Source of the DNA: Saccostrea echinata
Lineage: Eukaryota
Reading direction: 5' to 3'
Length of the DNA stretch: 64,000 nt
Assembly: GCF_033153115.1 (NCBI RefSeq)
Contig: NW_026889803.1
Span: forward strand, 45,570,001-45,634,000
In this document: one piece after another, positions 46,177 to 60,460 of the stretch
How positions within the stretch are numbered: the first letter of the stretch is position 1
Layout of the letters: each line of letters opens with the position of its first letter
Position numbers and translations under genes: made by a program
Notes under the pieces: generated by a model
Seen by the model: only the letters and a program-made list of their open reading frames with translations
Database searches by the model: none
What the model was told of the DNA's origin: nothing

Positions 46177-48363
46177 ACGATATCAATGCAGTGTCAGTTT
46201 TGACCTGGACATATCATAACGTTGAAAACCAATTTTTTTTGCAAATGTTACGTCGAGTCACTCATACGAAATTTTCACATGCATTTAATCTTTACGAGTA
46301 GAAATACCGAAGAAAAGAAATGCATGGATCCTTAATAATACAAAATTATACGTCGCAGAAAATACTTGCATGTAAATTTACCTTCTTAACTTTATTGTTG
46401 TAATTTGCTTATTAACATTGCATATATACCAATGAACTAGAACTTGCTCTGAAGTGATATCGATTCTAGTTGCGAGTCATGGAGATAATTTCAAGACCAT
46501 TACTTTATTTGACGTAACAACATGGATTAGACAAAATCATTGTTTCTCTTAAGAATTAAATTGCTTTCGTAATGGTAATCTAAGAGTTTTTTTTCTTAAT
46601 GTGTGTGTAAAAAGTTTCATTATTTTGGGAACGAAACATTTTTAAACTTAATACTTTTGATTAACATACTAAAACAAATTTTAATTATATTTTTTACCGA
46701 GAGAATTATAGCAATTTGCTGAAGAATTGACTTTCGTAACGATTAAGTTTACTTAATACCAGATTCATACAGGATTTCAAAAAATCATGTTTTACCGTTC
46801 TCTACTCAACACAACAGGTCAACTTCAGGTTTAATAGTAAATTCTATCACTAAGTATTAGTTAGAGCTTAGACCACACTGTCACGGTAGTAGGCACGAAT
46901 CCCATGGTGATAATGTGCAATGCGATGATCTTACATGCTATGGCTGCGACCAATATTAAGGTAATGCTACAATTTCTCACGGCGCATACTAGTATAAGGA
47001 CATACCACGAATGACGAAGATTTTTCTTATTATTGTACATGCGTTCAAAAGTTATGGAAGTTTGTTCAATAATTATACATACTAGTATTCTCTTATTCAA
47101 AGAAAAAATATAATTTTTATAAGTTCTTTTGTTATTTATTCCAATCATGTTACGTTGCCAGGGCACTGATCCAGGACATCACTTATGAACCATTGGTTCC
47201 GATGTCCACCCAAGCAAACATAGTTCTCATCCTCAGGTGCTAGTAAGATAACTAAAAAACCTTTAGAGTTGTAGTAGAGAGAAACTCCACTCTGGGAACA
47301 CGTAATAGCTATATGTTTGTTATCAATTTAAGTGCATCAATACAATGGTGCAACATCCTTTGTAACCCAGTTCTATCTGCAATCGTTTTCCATTCATCAA
47401 ATGTTATTTGCTGGATAGTTCAATGACTTTTGATGCAAGATACATCAAGGTTATAGCCAATTTTAATCCAGGAGGAATTCATTCTTCATTCCTCTTAAAA
47501 AAAATTCTTAGGCTCCAAGATCTTCAGTGTTGAGTTCACCCATATTCTGCTCTAGGAGATCTAGCGATTGCCTGACCCAAATTTTCTTCCCCCCCCCCCC
47601 CTTCTTCCTTCTCTGGATAAAAAAGCATGTGTCACGACAATATTGTTCTGTGTTACATGCTCTCTGTTTAACTACAATTGCAGATTCGGAATCTGAAACC
47701 TGTGCTCATGGTCACATGTCACGGTAGTAGGCACTATTGCAACGGTTCACCCCGATTTTATAGACCGTACATAAAATGTGGCACTAATAGAAACAAACGA
47801 AACGGTTGTTTGAAGATTAAATAACGGTTCCTCAATGTTTCAACACGATTTCGTTTAGAACGATGTTTGTCACACTACGGACACTGTAACAGTCAATCAT
47901 GATAACAAATGGTGATATGATACCGAATAATGCGACTATCGCACTAGGGAATGTCAACCTACGGTTATGACCAATTAAGATAATGCAACTTCTCACGGCT
48001 CTTTTATTGGTATGCCAGGAATGACGAAGGTTTCTTTAAGACGTCGTTACGCCTAAGCAAGTAAAGGAAATTTGAAAATAATGTGATCGTAATGTTCTTT
48101 GTAGGCCAGCATTAACAGATATAAAAATATTGATACAAAGAGATATCAGATGTCACTCTTTCATATATTTTTTTAAATCCCGTTTTTTTAAAACCTTTCT
48201 AGAAGTGGACTTTTTTTTTCCAGATAACTGTATATTCTATTTGAGGAATACTTGTCGATGCTTTCAAAAGTTATGATTATACATAATTATTGTATTTATA
48301 GATACATGTATAATCCATTATTATCATTTAATAGTACTCACTTATTCAAAGAAATAATCACAT

Positions 48364-49190
48364 AAAAACGTCAGCAAGCATTTGACTTAATGATAAATTG
48401 TATTTGCTGACAAGGGCATTTTATCGACCATGAACTTACGAAATGACGACTTGAAACGAGACTGCTGATATTCTAGTTTCATCAACTTGTTTTTCAATAA
48501 CTTACCTCGTTTTAGAAATTGTTCATACGTAGATCATGCTTTTGCGTATCGAATCAACTGAGAGATATATACCTCATATGCAGGTGATGAAGGTATATTG
48601 CTGCATAAGTATTGAAATTGATTGAAAAGTTAAAGTCATCACGTTTATCATAAAGCTTGGTTGTTAGATTACCATGAACGTCTTTTTATAGTTAAATTTC
48701 CAAATATGAAACAGATGTGTCAGACTCTATGTTATCTTTTATTTCAAGCTCACTGGGATATATTGTATAGACATACGAATGGAAATAACCATTGTTAATT
48801 GACAGTTCGTCGTCGATATACCTAAATGTCAAGTCGAAGGCCACATCAAGTGTTTTCTTCTTTTCACGTAAAAGATTTTGAACAAATTCTGCTTCACATG
48901 AATACAAAAATAGGTCTGCTAATAACAGGGCAAAACTGGTACCCATGGAAATCCCAATAGATTGTTGGAAGACCTGTTCTCCAAAAACCACATAGATATT
49001 GTCAAACAGAAACTCAAGCATCTTTTTAATATCAACTTCAGAGTTCCTGTGTGTACAATCAGAATGTTTTTGAACAAAATAATTTTGCAAATGACCAGTT
49101 ACAAGGTTAGTAAATTTACGAGTTCCATTTTTATTGAAAAAGCAGCTGTCAATGATATCAATGATATCACGTTATTCCAAAGTCATTCAA
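48364..49190 (-). pseudogene. Penelope-like retroelement RT fragment (Naiad/Chlamys-type)
   Basis: MLEFLFDNIYV...FQQSIGISMGT...LADLFLY...FRYIDD...IYPSELEIK; continues to KLYDKRDDFNF. Confidence 0.8.
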
Positions 49191-50279
49191 CTATTCAAAA
49201 AATCCCACATTACCTGCAAGTTTGTATTATAACCATTCAAATACTTTATAATGTTAGTTATAAAATTAAAATATCTTGGGGGGGGGGGGGGTTCAGTTCT
49301 AATCTAGGATTAGTAAGTGTCTTAAGATATTTTTAATGATATTTTCTTTCAAGTATAGCCTTACATTTCTTTCTCTATACAGAAGAAAGCAAAAATTCCT
49401 TAGGGATTGCCAGCGCAAAAAAAGCAATGTAAAGCCTTGGATATTATTTGTGTTTGAGGACAAAATAGAAATCCACTTCAAGATAATGAGTCTTTAGAGG
49501 CAGCTAGAGGGAAATAGCTTGACAGATAAGCTAAATCACGCCTTCACAAAAAGGCAATTTCAAAGATGGCGTACTATTTTTCGTCGAAGTTTTATCCTTA
49601 TTCAGTGCGTGGAGAGAAAACGTCATGTAAACAAGCAATGTGATGTATCTAAATGCACTATTTTGCAGATTTCTCTACAGAAAGATTCGTTAAATTATTG
49701 AAAAGGAAGATGATATGTTATTAGGTATTATGCCATTATTGTAAATATAATACATATATCAGAAATGGAACAACAATGAATCCATAATTTTACCGATATC
49801 ATTGATGTTTATCTGATTTTGGAATTAAGAATCAATTCTTATTTAATTTTATTTTAGTTGATAGGGTTATATGACAAAGATGAACGTATCTATATTTATG
49901 CCTCCTCTTTTCCCAACTGCTATGAAAAAGGGACAAAACACATGTGTATGTTGAAGTTGTATTTTATTGATCAAAATAAAGGTTTTGATCAATCAACAAA
50001 AATGTAGTTAATATAAGAATGAAAGGTTTCCAACAAATATGGACAATTGTTCTTTACACATATGGAATATTTCTTACATACATGTATAATAATAACAGAA
50101 CACAAACTCTATATTCACTACTGTTTGCCGAAAAACTAGTGTAAAAACATGTGTATACAGTTTTCTTCATACAAAATAAAATCAAAACAAGAATTTAACA
50201 GGTACATTGTAAATACAGAGAATATACAATATAATTTTAAATCTTCCAAATTTGGCAAAGGTGGGGCCAATCATCCACC

Positions 50280-50281
<2 letters not shown>

Positions 50282-50353
<72 letters not shown>
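50282..50353. repeat. (TA)n microsatellite
   Basis: Perfect dinucleotide run. Confidence 0.95.
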
Positions 50354-50357
<4 letters not shown>

Positions 50358-50384
50358 AGCACATAGAAATTCACTTTAATAAGG

Positions 50385-50482
50385 ATACCCACTTCCGCCC
50401 AAACCGGGGTTGAACTCTCGACCTACGGAATCTGTCTCCTAGCAGTACAAGAACAGCGTGCTAGACCGCTCGGCCTCGCGGC
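50385..50482 (-). mobile_element. tRNA-derived SINE-like head adjacent to (TA)n
   Basis: Minus strand GGCCGAGCGGTCTAG (A box) ... GAGTTCAACCCC (B box-like); no convincing cloverleaf. Confidence 0.5.
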
Positions 50483-51170
50483 TCTCTATTGTAAAAATAC
50501 ATAAAATAGGGTTATGTCCTTGATAATATACAAGAAATTTAAATTCTTTTCTCACCGGAATTGATGAGAAGTCAGCAATCCAAAATAAATTAATAAAATG
50601 AAAAGTTATTAACTATTTTAATAATCACAATTTTTAAAATTCGATGGGTTATCAAAAAGTTCGTGGACGTCATAAGTTCGCCATTTAATTCTGCAGTCTT
50701 GTTGGCTGTGCTTACAAAATTCATAAGAAGCATAAAACAAAAAAAGTTTAAGAAGTGTTGTAAATATTTTCTCGGTGCGTTTATAATTTGCTAATTTATC
50801 ATCAAATAAATTTTATGACATTCTTTGATCACAAGGTGCTGACGCTGTTGAGTTTTATGACGCTCGACAACGTCATTGCCGCTTCCTCTGCCATAATGCA
50901 CTTTTATTGACAAAATATCCTGGTGTTAAATACTGACTGCCCAATCTCGTTTCTATGACTTTAAAGTTTCACGAACAGCTGCTTTTTAAAATACGAAATT
51001 GTAAATAAATCTATACAAAACAAAGATCTCTACGTGCCTTTGACAGCTTGTGGAAGTTTAATTTCTAACGAGAGTAATGTTAATTCTTGACGTGACTTAC
51101 TTTGGACACTTTGACCTTCAATAGGCATTAAATGTGTGTCTCCTCTCTTGATCGTTTGTGGCATTTAACA

Positions 51171-52560
51171 GCAAGAGGCCCAAGGGTCTTAACGGTCACC
51201 TGAGTATAATACAACACTGTGAAGGATCCATCGAAGTATAAAATACCACAGGCACACGAAGCTTGGATCACCCCTCCCCCTTTAATTTACTAATAAAATA
51301 TAAGGAGTCTTTATTTTCTCGAAAATATGTTATTTCTCTGTCAATTCTATCTGTAAGTATTTGTATTTTCATTAAGGTTTGAAAACTGGCCATATACGGT
51401 ATAATTTTATTATACCGTATATGGCCAATTTTTAAACCTTAACAAAAGTAGAAACCAATTGCACAGAATGGCATACAGATAGAATTGACGGAGAAATAAC
51501 ATATTTTCGAGAAAATAATTTTTTTTTATATATTTTATTAGTTAGTTGAAGGGGAAGGGGTGAAGTGGGGGGTGGGTGGGTGGGAGTGATTCACGCTTCT
51601 GGTGCCTGTGTAAAATACCAGATAAACTAAAATAAACCGGAAGATGAAGCTATGTCGCCAAAGAGAAAGAGGATGATCAGGGATCAACACAATACATTCG
51701 TCTAGTACTCAGTAATCAATCTTAAAATAGATTTATCTTCTTGCCTGTACTTGCCCCCAATTATCACTATCATGATGCAAACTAAACAAAACAATAAATA
51801 GTGCTTGAGCACTATTAGTAGCCCCATCTCGTTTCCTAGCACACTGGCTTCCCTTGGTCTTTGAAGAACATTTAATGTACAAGTAGAATGTGTTTTTGCC
51901 TCATTTTTATTCATCTATTATATCTAAGTCTATATAAAAACAAATGAAATTACTTTTTGTATTATACATTACAAAAAGTCTTGTATAATTCTTTTATTCC
52001 ATTGATCTTTCAGTGACATTATTTACAGTGATTATTTATCTTAGGTAAAGAGTAAGGGAAAAACTTCTCTCAAAAGAAAACAAATTAATAGAGTCCTGTG
52101 CATCATGAGAAACTTGACCAAGTGGTTCAGAATTTCACAAATGTGGTAAAATACCCTTTCTTTTTTTACAACTTTGTATTCTGTTTACCTCTTGCGTGCA
52201 AAGGAGCAGAGCAGGAGATTTTAAAAAATGCATTTCCACTATAGATTCAACATAGCCCCACCCTAATACCAAAATCCCTGACCCCGAGGCCATGAAATTC
52301 ACAATTTTGGAAGAGGCACATTTTCAAATCATAACTATACGCTTATTTTATCTTCCAAAAACCCTTGAGCATAGAAGAAGATTTTCAAAGATATAATGCA
52401 TTTTCACTAAAAACATGTAATCAATACAGCCCCGCCCTAACACCAGAGTCACTGACCCAGGGGCGTGAAACTCAAAATTTTGAAATGCACTCTCAACCAC
52501 TATTGAAATAATTATTTCAATAGTGGTCGTTATTTTATTGAACTTGTCTTCCAGAAGATT
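51171..52560 (-). mobile_element. Partial Helentron-type element related to 4056-6024
   Basis: CAAGAGGCCCAAGGGTCTTAACGGTCACCTGAGTATAAT and colinear downstream similarity to 4056-5600. Confidence 0.75.
51247..51610. mobile_element. Fully palindromic MITE with 8-bp TSD (hAT- or P-like) nested in the Helentron
   Basis: CACAGGCAC...GTGCCTGTG; TSD TAAAATAC at 51239-51246 and 51611-51618; central hairpin TGGCCATATACGGTATAA/TTATACCGTATATGGCCA. Confidence 0.85.
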
Positions 52561-55500
52561 TTTCAAACTTTTGAGGGGAAGAAACTTTTATAAAAAATGC
52601 TTTTTCTCTCTATAATGAAAGTTTTTTGATGTAATAATTCAAATACATGTACATGTACTTAACAGGAAATACTAACTAAAGCTGCTTTCAGCTTTCATAC
52701 ACTTCCATGACGGCATAAACTATAAGTAAAAGTTCCCAGTACTAGTATGTGTCTAGTGTGACGCTACTGTCATGGGCATTCTCTACATACTGTAAGTATT
52801 GTTCCACTGCTTTCAGCCTTTGTTTTCATGAAGCCGGTGAACATTATCTATAATAATCTTACGAATGCAAAGTAGCTAAAAGTGAGGGTTGGTTTCAGTG
52901 CATATCGACACATTTCTTTTTTCACTCCAATATACACATGATACAGTATATAAGGACATCGAATAATTAACAGTAAAGCAATTGACGTATTTGTATTTTA
53001 ATAGTACTTGAAAGCCTTATAAGATTTTCTAATTTCAAAATTACATTTTCCAACCATATGAACAAAAAACAATACAGTAAAAATATGTACGTTTTATTGA
53101 AGTTCAAGGGAATTAATTGAAACATTTAGTAATTATCTTTAAAAAAGCTTCCGAATAGAATAATCAATCGGAAATCATCTTGTTTGCTTTATGTATATAT
53201 TGTTCGTGTTCTCTCATTCTTTAATGAACTTGATGACCTCACAGATTAGTGAATCCTCTAATTCCGGATCAAACAGTATCATATCTCGCGATCTTTAATA
53301 ACAATAAAGTATTGTCCTGATTAAAACCTTCGTTCGAATCGATTGACCTCAAATATGTTGCACTTTGTAGTTATTCTAGGATAATTGAAGCGATACTGGG
53401 TTTTTTTTTCGTTGACCCGTTTATTTATTTTTTTTTACACCTATAACCAACATTGTATGTAAGGGGGAATCACAGTTTACTCTGTAGTTGATGGTAATTT
53501 CCTCCACTGATCCCCAACATTTATTGAGGTTTTATCATATTATCCATCACAAGAGTCGAAGAACAGTTCAGCAAACTTTGAAAATTGCATCATTAGGCAA
53601 AAATGTCAAAATCAAAAGTTGAACAGTTTGGTTTTGAAACATGGGTTAATCAGCTTATTACTGTCTTAATACAAGACTTTGTTGTATTTTCCTTATTTGG
53701 AAATATGAAGATATTTTCCACAGAGAGCAACTGCTTGTTGAAACACTTACAAAACGTATTTTTCAGAACTTTATTGTTCATTTTTTCCACCATGCACCAA
53801 TTAGCCAAATATAGAAATTCTACGCCAAAAGAACATTTGCAAGTGCCTTTGCGCATGAGTCATGAGAGACGTTTTGAAGTAAACAGATTTTTCCATTAAG
53901 CTATATGCATGCACTGAGAAAAATTGTATAATCGTTTAAATTACATATGATGACCATTATAATTATCAATTTTAGGATAGGAGAGCATTTTGAAGTCAAT
54001 TTCCAAATAAATGCCAGTATTTGTTCTGATATTTCCACATAATCTATGGAAAGATGAAGTCATGATGAATTATACAGCGTAAACGTTATTCTTCCGTGTT
54101 ACAAAGAAAATCCCCTTTATTCTTTTTTTTAAATTCCGGAAGTATATAATACTACATAAAACAAATAAGAAACTTGTAGTCCTACTGATAATGTGAAACT
54201 GAAGACATTAATTTTACAGACATCAATATACATAACACAATTGTACGAGAGGGTCCGCCGGGATTTACGTTTAAATATAAATCAATGATGACGGAATAAA
54301 GTAAACGAAGTGTACCTATACTGTGGAAGGACTGACTTTGTGCAGTTTAGCCTCAAGGTGTGGCGATGCAATCACTGATGATGCAGTGTTTCGGGAACTG
54401 TGTGTCAACGTATTCTGATAATTAGTTTTCCAACAGGTGCTCTTGTCACGACGGCCGTGCATAACGAGTTGCTTGATATTTGAAAATGACATCTCACCTG
54501 AAAATCATCAACAGAAAGCGACAATTGAAGCCTCTTCATCCACAAGCTACAAATCGTTACCTCGAACTTGCTAACACAACGTTTACTTAAATTTCCGCTT
54601 TTCCTGCGACTGATTGGTGATTCTATCGCGAAGTGTCTCCTGAATAAGACCCTAGTGGACAAATCCTTTTTAATGGAGATATCTGTGTGATATTTATTTA
54701 TGGATCTGATTTTTGGATGACAATTTAACACTGCATTAAGGTAGGTTTTCTTCATTACAGATGCTTGTGTATAAACTATATATATTCTTTATACAGTTTT
54801 AAAAACCAGAAGATGTTTTTGTAATGATAAAAAGATATAAAGAAACGTTGAGATGTTGTAAGAATTGTCTTTAAAAGAATTCGCTTTGCTTCAAATTAAT
54901 CCAGATTTGATTTTTTTTAAATATTCAAATCTTTACAAAGGAGTCTAGTGTCATTTATTAAGAATACAGATTTGGACAAGGGTTCATAAATAGACTACAC
55001 ATCAATTCTATTCAATTCACACACACCATTTATAATTTATAACATCGGATAAATAACAATAATTGGGTATATCACTTAAACAATGCATGTTTTTATTTCT
55101 ACACAGTATACATACTCTGTATCTCTAAACAAACGGAAACAAGAAAGAGATTCGTTTGTTTCTTTCTAAAGTGCTCGCACAAATTCTGTGTAGAAGTACG
55201 AAATCTCCATTTTATTTTTTATTCCTGATTATGTACGATGAAACAGAGACAAATCCATTGACGTTCGTAATTCTGTCTCTGGGACTCTTTTAGCTGCTGT
55301 ATTATGAAATATAATGCATTATTTCATTGCCAGATCTTTCTGTACAAAAACAAAATTATTACGTTGAGGGCATATACATGCATTTGTTATGCTCAGTTTA
55401 CCAAATAAATTAAGTATGAAATCAAAATCTACAACATACATGTAATATGAACGAAAAATAATTTAACGTTGTTTAAAGTTGATATTCATAGAACTATTGC

Positions 55501-56599
55501 CCGACCAAAACCAAGATTACTATCACAATGATGTTTATCATTGTTGCGTGTTTTTAGCCTGGAAATTCGAATCAAAAGGGATGAAAAGGGCAAACACAGC
55601 GCCAAAAAGTAAAATCTTAAAATCAAACAAATTCGTATCAAATCTCTCCTATTTTAATTCTTTCGTTAGCCAAATCATCGCAAGTGTATATAAAAACGAC
55701 AAAACAAATATTTTTATTTTGGATACATGTAACTTCATATTTCTCAGAACCAAGCTTAAGACAACAACAAATATAAGTTTCACATTAGGACAGCTAGGAG
55801 GACTGTGACCCATGTCAAAATCCTTATAGAGATAACAATAAATTAAGACATCCTGCGTCACGCACGGTGCATTATCACATATACAACATGTAGATACTTT
55901 ATAGTAAATTAACAGGTTTATATTTGATCATCGATCATCTTATTCCAACAAAACCGTTTCCCAAAATAAAACGATTATTCAACTGGAACTTAGTTGTCTC
56001 ATTATTTTATGTAACAAAAATTTTCCAATTTCATAGCATCAATCATATCATTAATATACTGAATATTGGAAATGTTATTTTTCATTGCATGTTTGTTTAT
56101 GTAATGTAATATGCAAATTATCTGATAGCATCTGTCTACTTAGGACCAAATGATGATGATTTCTCGTTGTTTTATGTATGGGGATTTAAATTAATCTCAG
56201 CATAAGTCCTACGATGGCACAGAAGGTAAATATGTAGGACAAGGGCCTACCCTAAATATCTTTTGTGGGTGCGAGACTAACCCTATTTAGTCTAATAACC
56301 CTAAATCTCTCAGTCTGGGTGCGACGCCATCCAATAATCAGTCCAATAGTGCAAGGACTTTCCCTGTGTGCAAAGACTAGGCCTAATATCTCAGGTGGGT
56401 GCAAGCAATAAGCAAATGAAAATCAGTTGTGAAAATTTTATGCGAGGACTCATCATAAATTATTGGTTTTTACGGACAACGACGTAAAGTATTGACGTTG
56501 GATTATCGTTACGTCATAACGTTGATTGTTTCTCCGCAACATCGGCATTTGGCGTGTCAGGCCACCGCACTTTAGCGCAGTGCGTCTCATAGGAAACAA

Positions 56600-56712
56600 G
56601 CCATCGGACTTTGGCATGACCATCAGACCGAAACCAAACCAACGGGGTTTGGCGCAGACCATCGGACTTTGGCGAGACCATCGGACTTTGGCGTGACCAT
56701 CAGACTTTGGAG
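56600..56712 (+). repeat. Short 19-bp tandem repeat (ACCATCGGACTTTGGCGNG)
   Basis: Four to five copies, three of them head to tail. Confidence 0.7.
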
Positions 56713-56873
56713 TCTTACAAATGAATTCTTTAAAAATATTATTTGTTTAAATCTCGTGTCCGTTATTCATGAAAGTATATTTTGATCCAACATTTTTGTG
56801 TACATTATTTATAAAAGTATGTTTTAATCCAACTTTTTTGCTTTAATAAATCTATGTAGTAATAACTACATCC

Positions 56874-57085
56874 CAGGCCCGTCGGAAACCTTTTCAGTTT
56901 GGATTGGCACTACCAAGTAAAATTTCGAAACAAGCCACAAAAATGTGGGGGTCATCACACATATTCATTGAGGGGGCATATTCATATAGTTTTGTTTTCT
57001 ATAGTATACTATATATCGGCGAAACTATTGGGGGAGGGGGCACGTCCCCTCTCTTTTCGGTGATAATCGGTTCCTATTGCGTCTA
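56874..57085 (+). mobile_element. Diverged CAGGCCCG-family MITE
   Basis: CAGGCCCGTCGGAAA...GGTTCCTA; internal similarity to 2150-2484. Confidence 0.55.
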
Positions 57086-57803
57086 ATGTACATTGCGACA
57101 AAGACGTACAAATTTAACACACAAAGTACTTTGTATATTTCGTATTTTTAAAAGGCGAGCTAATTGTGTTGCAGACAGATTAAGGAAGAACTTCCAACTA
57201 CATATACTTAAAGCGTTATATCGGCAGAATTGAGGTACGAGTATACGTATTGAAGTGAAAGACTACTGTAACTGTACTAACACAAGGAACGCAGTCATTA
57301 CTAGCAAGATCACAACAAAATAGGATTAAATGGGGTGCAAGGATAAATTATGCTGCATAAAAACTTAGAACATTAGAGATAACATTGTTTACAAATGTCT
57401 AAAAAAACAGATGATAAAAATCTCGTCGGATTATAACGTTTTATGGGATAATTGTGTTTTATTCAGGATGTGACGGAGGAACAATAATGTTGAAATTGGT
57501 TGATCATGGCAAGGCCGTCCACCTTAGACTTTTCAGTAAAAGTTATGCTTCGGTCCATAAATCTCAATCATTTCGACATTTTTCGTTCACATGCCAATAC
57601 TTCGTTGAATGGACATTCCTAAAGTCCACTGAAAAAAGTAATAAACGTGCAAGAAGAAATCGCCACAGAAAATATATAAAATGTCGAGAGTAGGTAGGTC
57701 AGTTGATTCTACCCTACTGCAACAGGAAATAAGGAAATTTATGACTGGACCGGGAATCGAACTAGTTTGGTGCTCTAACCAGGTAAATATCCACGATCCT
57801 GGA

Positions 57804-58036
57804 CAGGCCCTTGGAATGCGGGGGGGGGGGGGGAGGGGGGTTCTGAATATAGCATTTTGCAATGGTAAATTTTCCTTTATAATTTATGCTTGCCCCTCCC
57901 CCTTTTGTTGCTGTGTGGTCGAGCACTGGCAAATTCTAGGATTTTGGACATTTAATGAGGTTTTTTTTTTGCTTGTCAGATTTTTTGGGAAGTCGCCCCC
58001 CCCCCCCCCACTTTTGAAACCGTTGCTACGGGCTTG
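57804..58036. mobile_element. Poly-G/poly-C MITE-like insertion
   Basis: CAGGCCC...GGGCTTG ends with G- and C-runs; TSD not resolved. Confidence 0.45.
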
Positions 58037-58616
58037 ATGCATATAACTTAAACCACTACATTCCTCCATCCTAAAATTGTGTTCGCCTCCGAGGATACAC
58101 ACGATTCTTTTGCCCCTGGCATGCCTTTCATCTGCTAGTCTTCGAGTGGTTTAATGTAACAGGAAAGGAAAACAATATATATTTAGAACGGAAATCGAAC
58201 CTTGACCACTGCATTACTTGTCGGGTACCTCAACCACTGAGCTTCACTGACCAATATCCACGGTCTATACAGCCCAAAGTGATGTACTATGTTTGCTAGT
58301 TTGCTATTATAATAACAAACGATTAGCAGCTTCCTGCATTGCATGTTATCTTTAACTGTTAGAAATTCCTTTCGAGGAAAGTTAATTCGTCCATCAATGC
58401 TTTGAGTAAAACTAACCCGAACTTTAATGTTAAAGGGAAAGCCATTTCAGTCATTTCTTTATTGGCTGTTGTATTCCGTGCCATTTCAGATGTCCAATGT
58501 TAATTTCAGAAAGAGTAAACACAAATGAGAATTACAGCTACCGTTCGCTTTCATTACAAGGAATGCTTGTTATGTTTTGATTGTCAACAGAAATTTTATC
58601 TTTGGATATGAGAATC

Positions 58617-60460
58617 ATGAAATATGAAGATAACGAACAGTTACTATTCAAGCTCAAAATCCATTAAAACAATACAAATCGGGAGCAGAGCGAACACGGA
58701 TCTCCAAAAACATAAGAGGTGGGATCAGGTGCCATGGAGGAGTTAGCATCCCCTGCCGACCGGTCAGACCATCCGTGTGCTCCTTGTCATGATCGGGAAA
58801 TAACAGAAAAATTCGTCTACATTTCAGTGTGTAAATAATGTCCTAACAATTAGTATGAAAGTTGACGATTGAAAAGTTAAAGTCATCACGTTAATCATAA
58901 AACTTTGTTGTTAGATTACCATTAACGCCTTTTTTCTAGTAAAATATCCAAATATGAAACAGATGTGTCAGACTCTGTGATATCTTTTATTTCAAGCTCA
59001 CTGGGATATATCGTGTCGACATATGAATGGAACTAACTATTCTTAATTGATAATACGTATATCTAAATATCAAGTTGAAGGCCACAGCAAGAGGTTTTTT
59101 TTTTCTCATTTATAAGATTTTGAATAAATTCTGCTACTTACGGATACAAAAATAGGTGTTCTAACAACGGGGCGCAATTGGTACCCATGGCAATTCCAAC
59201 AGATTATTGGAAGACCTGGTCTCCAAAAGCTACATAGATATTGTCAATCAGAAACTTTTGCATCTTCAGAGTACTTGTGTGTACAATCAGAATGTTTTTT
59301 AGCAAAATAATTTTGCAAATGACCAATGACAAGGTAAGTAATTTACAGGTTCCATTTTTATTGAAAAAAAGCTGCCAATGTCGTCAAAAGGCCTGGACAT
59401 TAATTTATCGTGGGGAATGGTTGTATACAGAGTTGAAAAGTAAGTTTTTATATTATTGAATTTTGTAAATTTTTGTGATTTCAATTTTTCCAAAAGTTCC
59501 TTGGAATTTTTAAGTATCCACATCTGATTTACACCACTTCTCGAATATATTCTTGCACAGTACTCCTGAAGTTACTCTTTCACTGCTGTTAATATTTTAG
59601 TGAGGAGCGAAGAAAGAAGCTTGGTAGAACATTTACTGGAACCGCTATGTATCTTTGTTTGTAAGGATTTTTATGAAGTTTTGGAATCCAATTTAGATAT
59701 GGTAATTCAAATTCATTTTGGTTGTTGGGAATATTAAAAATATTCAAAACTGACATGATTTTGAAGAATTTCCTCCTTAGAAAGGGAGGTATGGGTATAA
59801 GTTGGATTGCCACTTGTAGAATTAAATCCTAGTTCTTCTAAAATTTAATTAAAATAATGAGCCTTACAAAGACAATGTTGTTACCAGGTATGTCAGCTGG
59901 GACCAAAACACAATGATCAAGTAGTCTATCTAATTCTTTTTTCACTTCTGAATTATTTAACACAGAAGGTTTTCGTATTGCCCCCCCCCCCCCTCAATCG
60001 CTTGATGCCAGATTTTAACATACATCTGATACATATAATCCATTCTGACAAAGTGCAAAGGTCTTCTTTTTCATGTCTGGCCCATCGCCTGGTGTAATTT
60101 TCCACAGAATTTATAATATTTATGAAATCATGATTCCAGTTGAAAGATCGGGGTTCCCTAAATTTTGACCCCTTTAAAAAAGTGATTTAAGGTCTTCATT
60201 TTTAACTATAATATTTACGTCACCAGTAATAACGTGTCCAGCAGGACTACACGATGGAGGATTATGTTTCAGATGCTTAATATCCAGGCTCTGTAAAGTT
60301 TTCTTGTAATTAAAAAGTTTGGGAGCAAAAGTCGATGTATATTTATAGGAAATACAGGATGTAGTCTTCAATTGCAAATATGGTGGAATACAAGAATGGA
60401 ATCTTTTATGATTAAGAATATTACTTATATTAACCGCGTCAATTCCTTTGTTGGCATATA
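58617..60460 (-). pseudogene. Longer decayed Penelope-like (Naiad/Chlamys-type) retroelement with 3' end
   Basis: Fragments GHVITGD, LPYLNWIPKLHKNPYKQRYIA, MWILKNSKELL, FSTLYTTIPHDKL, GIAMGTNCAPLL; 3' region shared with 38578-39625. Confidence 0.8.

Noticed and set aside
45956-46301. ORFs with IYIYIY repeats (also 50149-50364)
   Set aside because: Translations of (TA)n microsatellites.
50385-50482. Functional tRNA gene
   Set aside because: A and B boxes are present but the acceptor and anticodon stems do not pair convincingly; treated as a SINE-like head.
54405-54755. 116-aa minus-strand ORF containing a good donor site (CAG|GTGAG near 54498)
   Set aside because: No recognisable domain, and no partner exons could be linked; could be a non-coding or unrelated exon.
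56600-56712. 19-bp repeats as a mini-CRISPR
   Set aside because: Mostly head-to-tail with no unique spacers of regular length.
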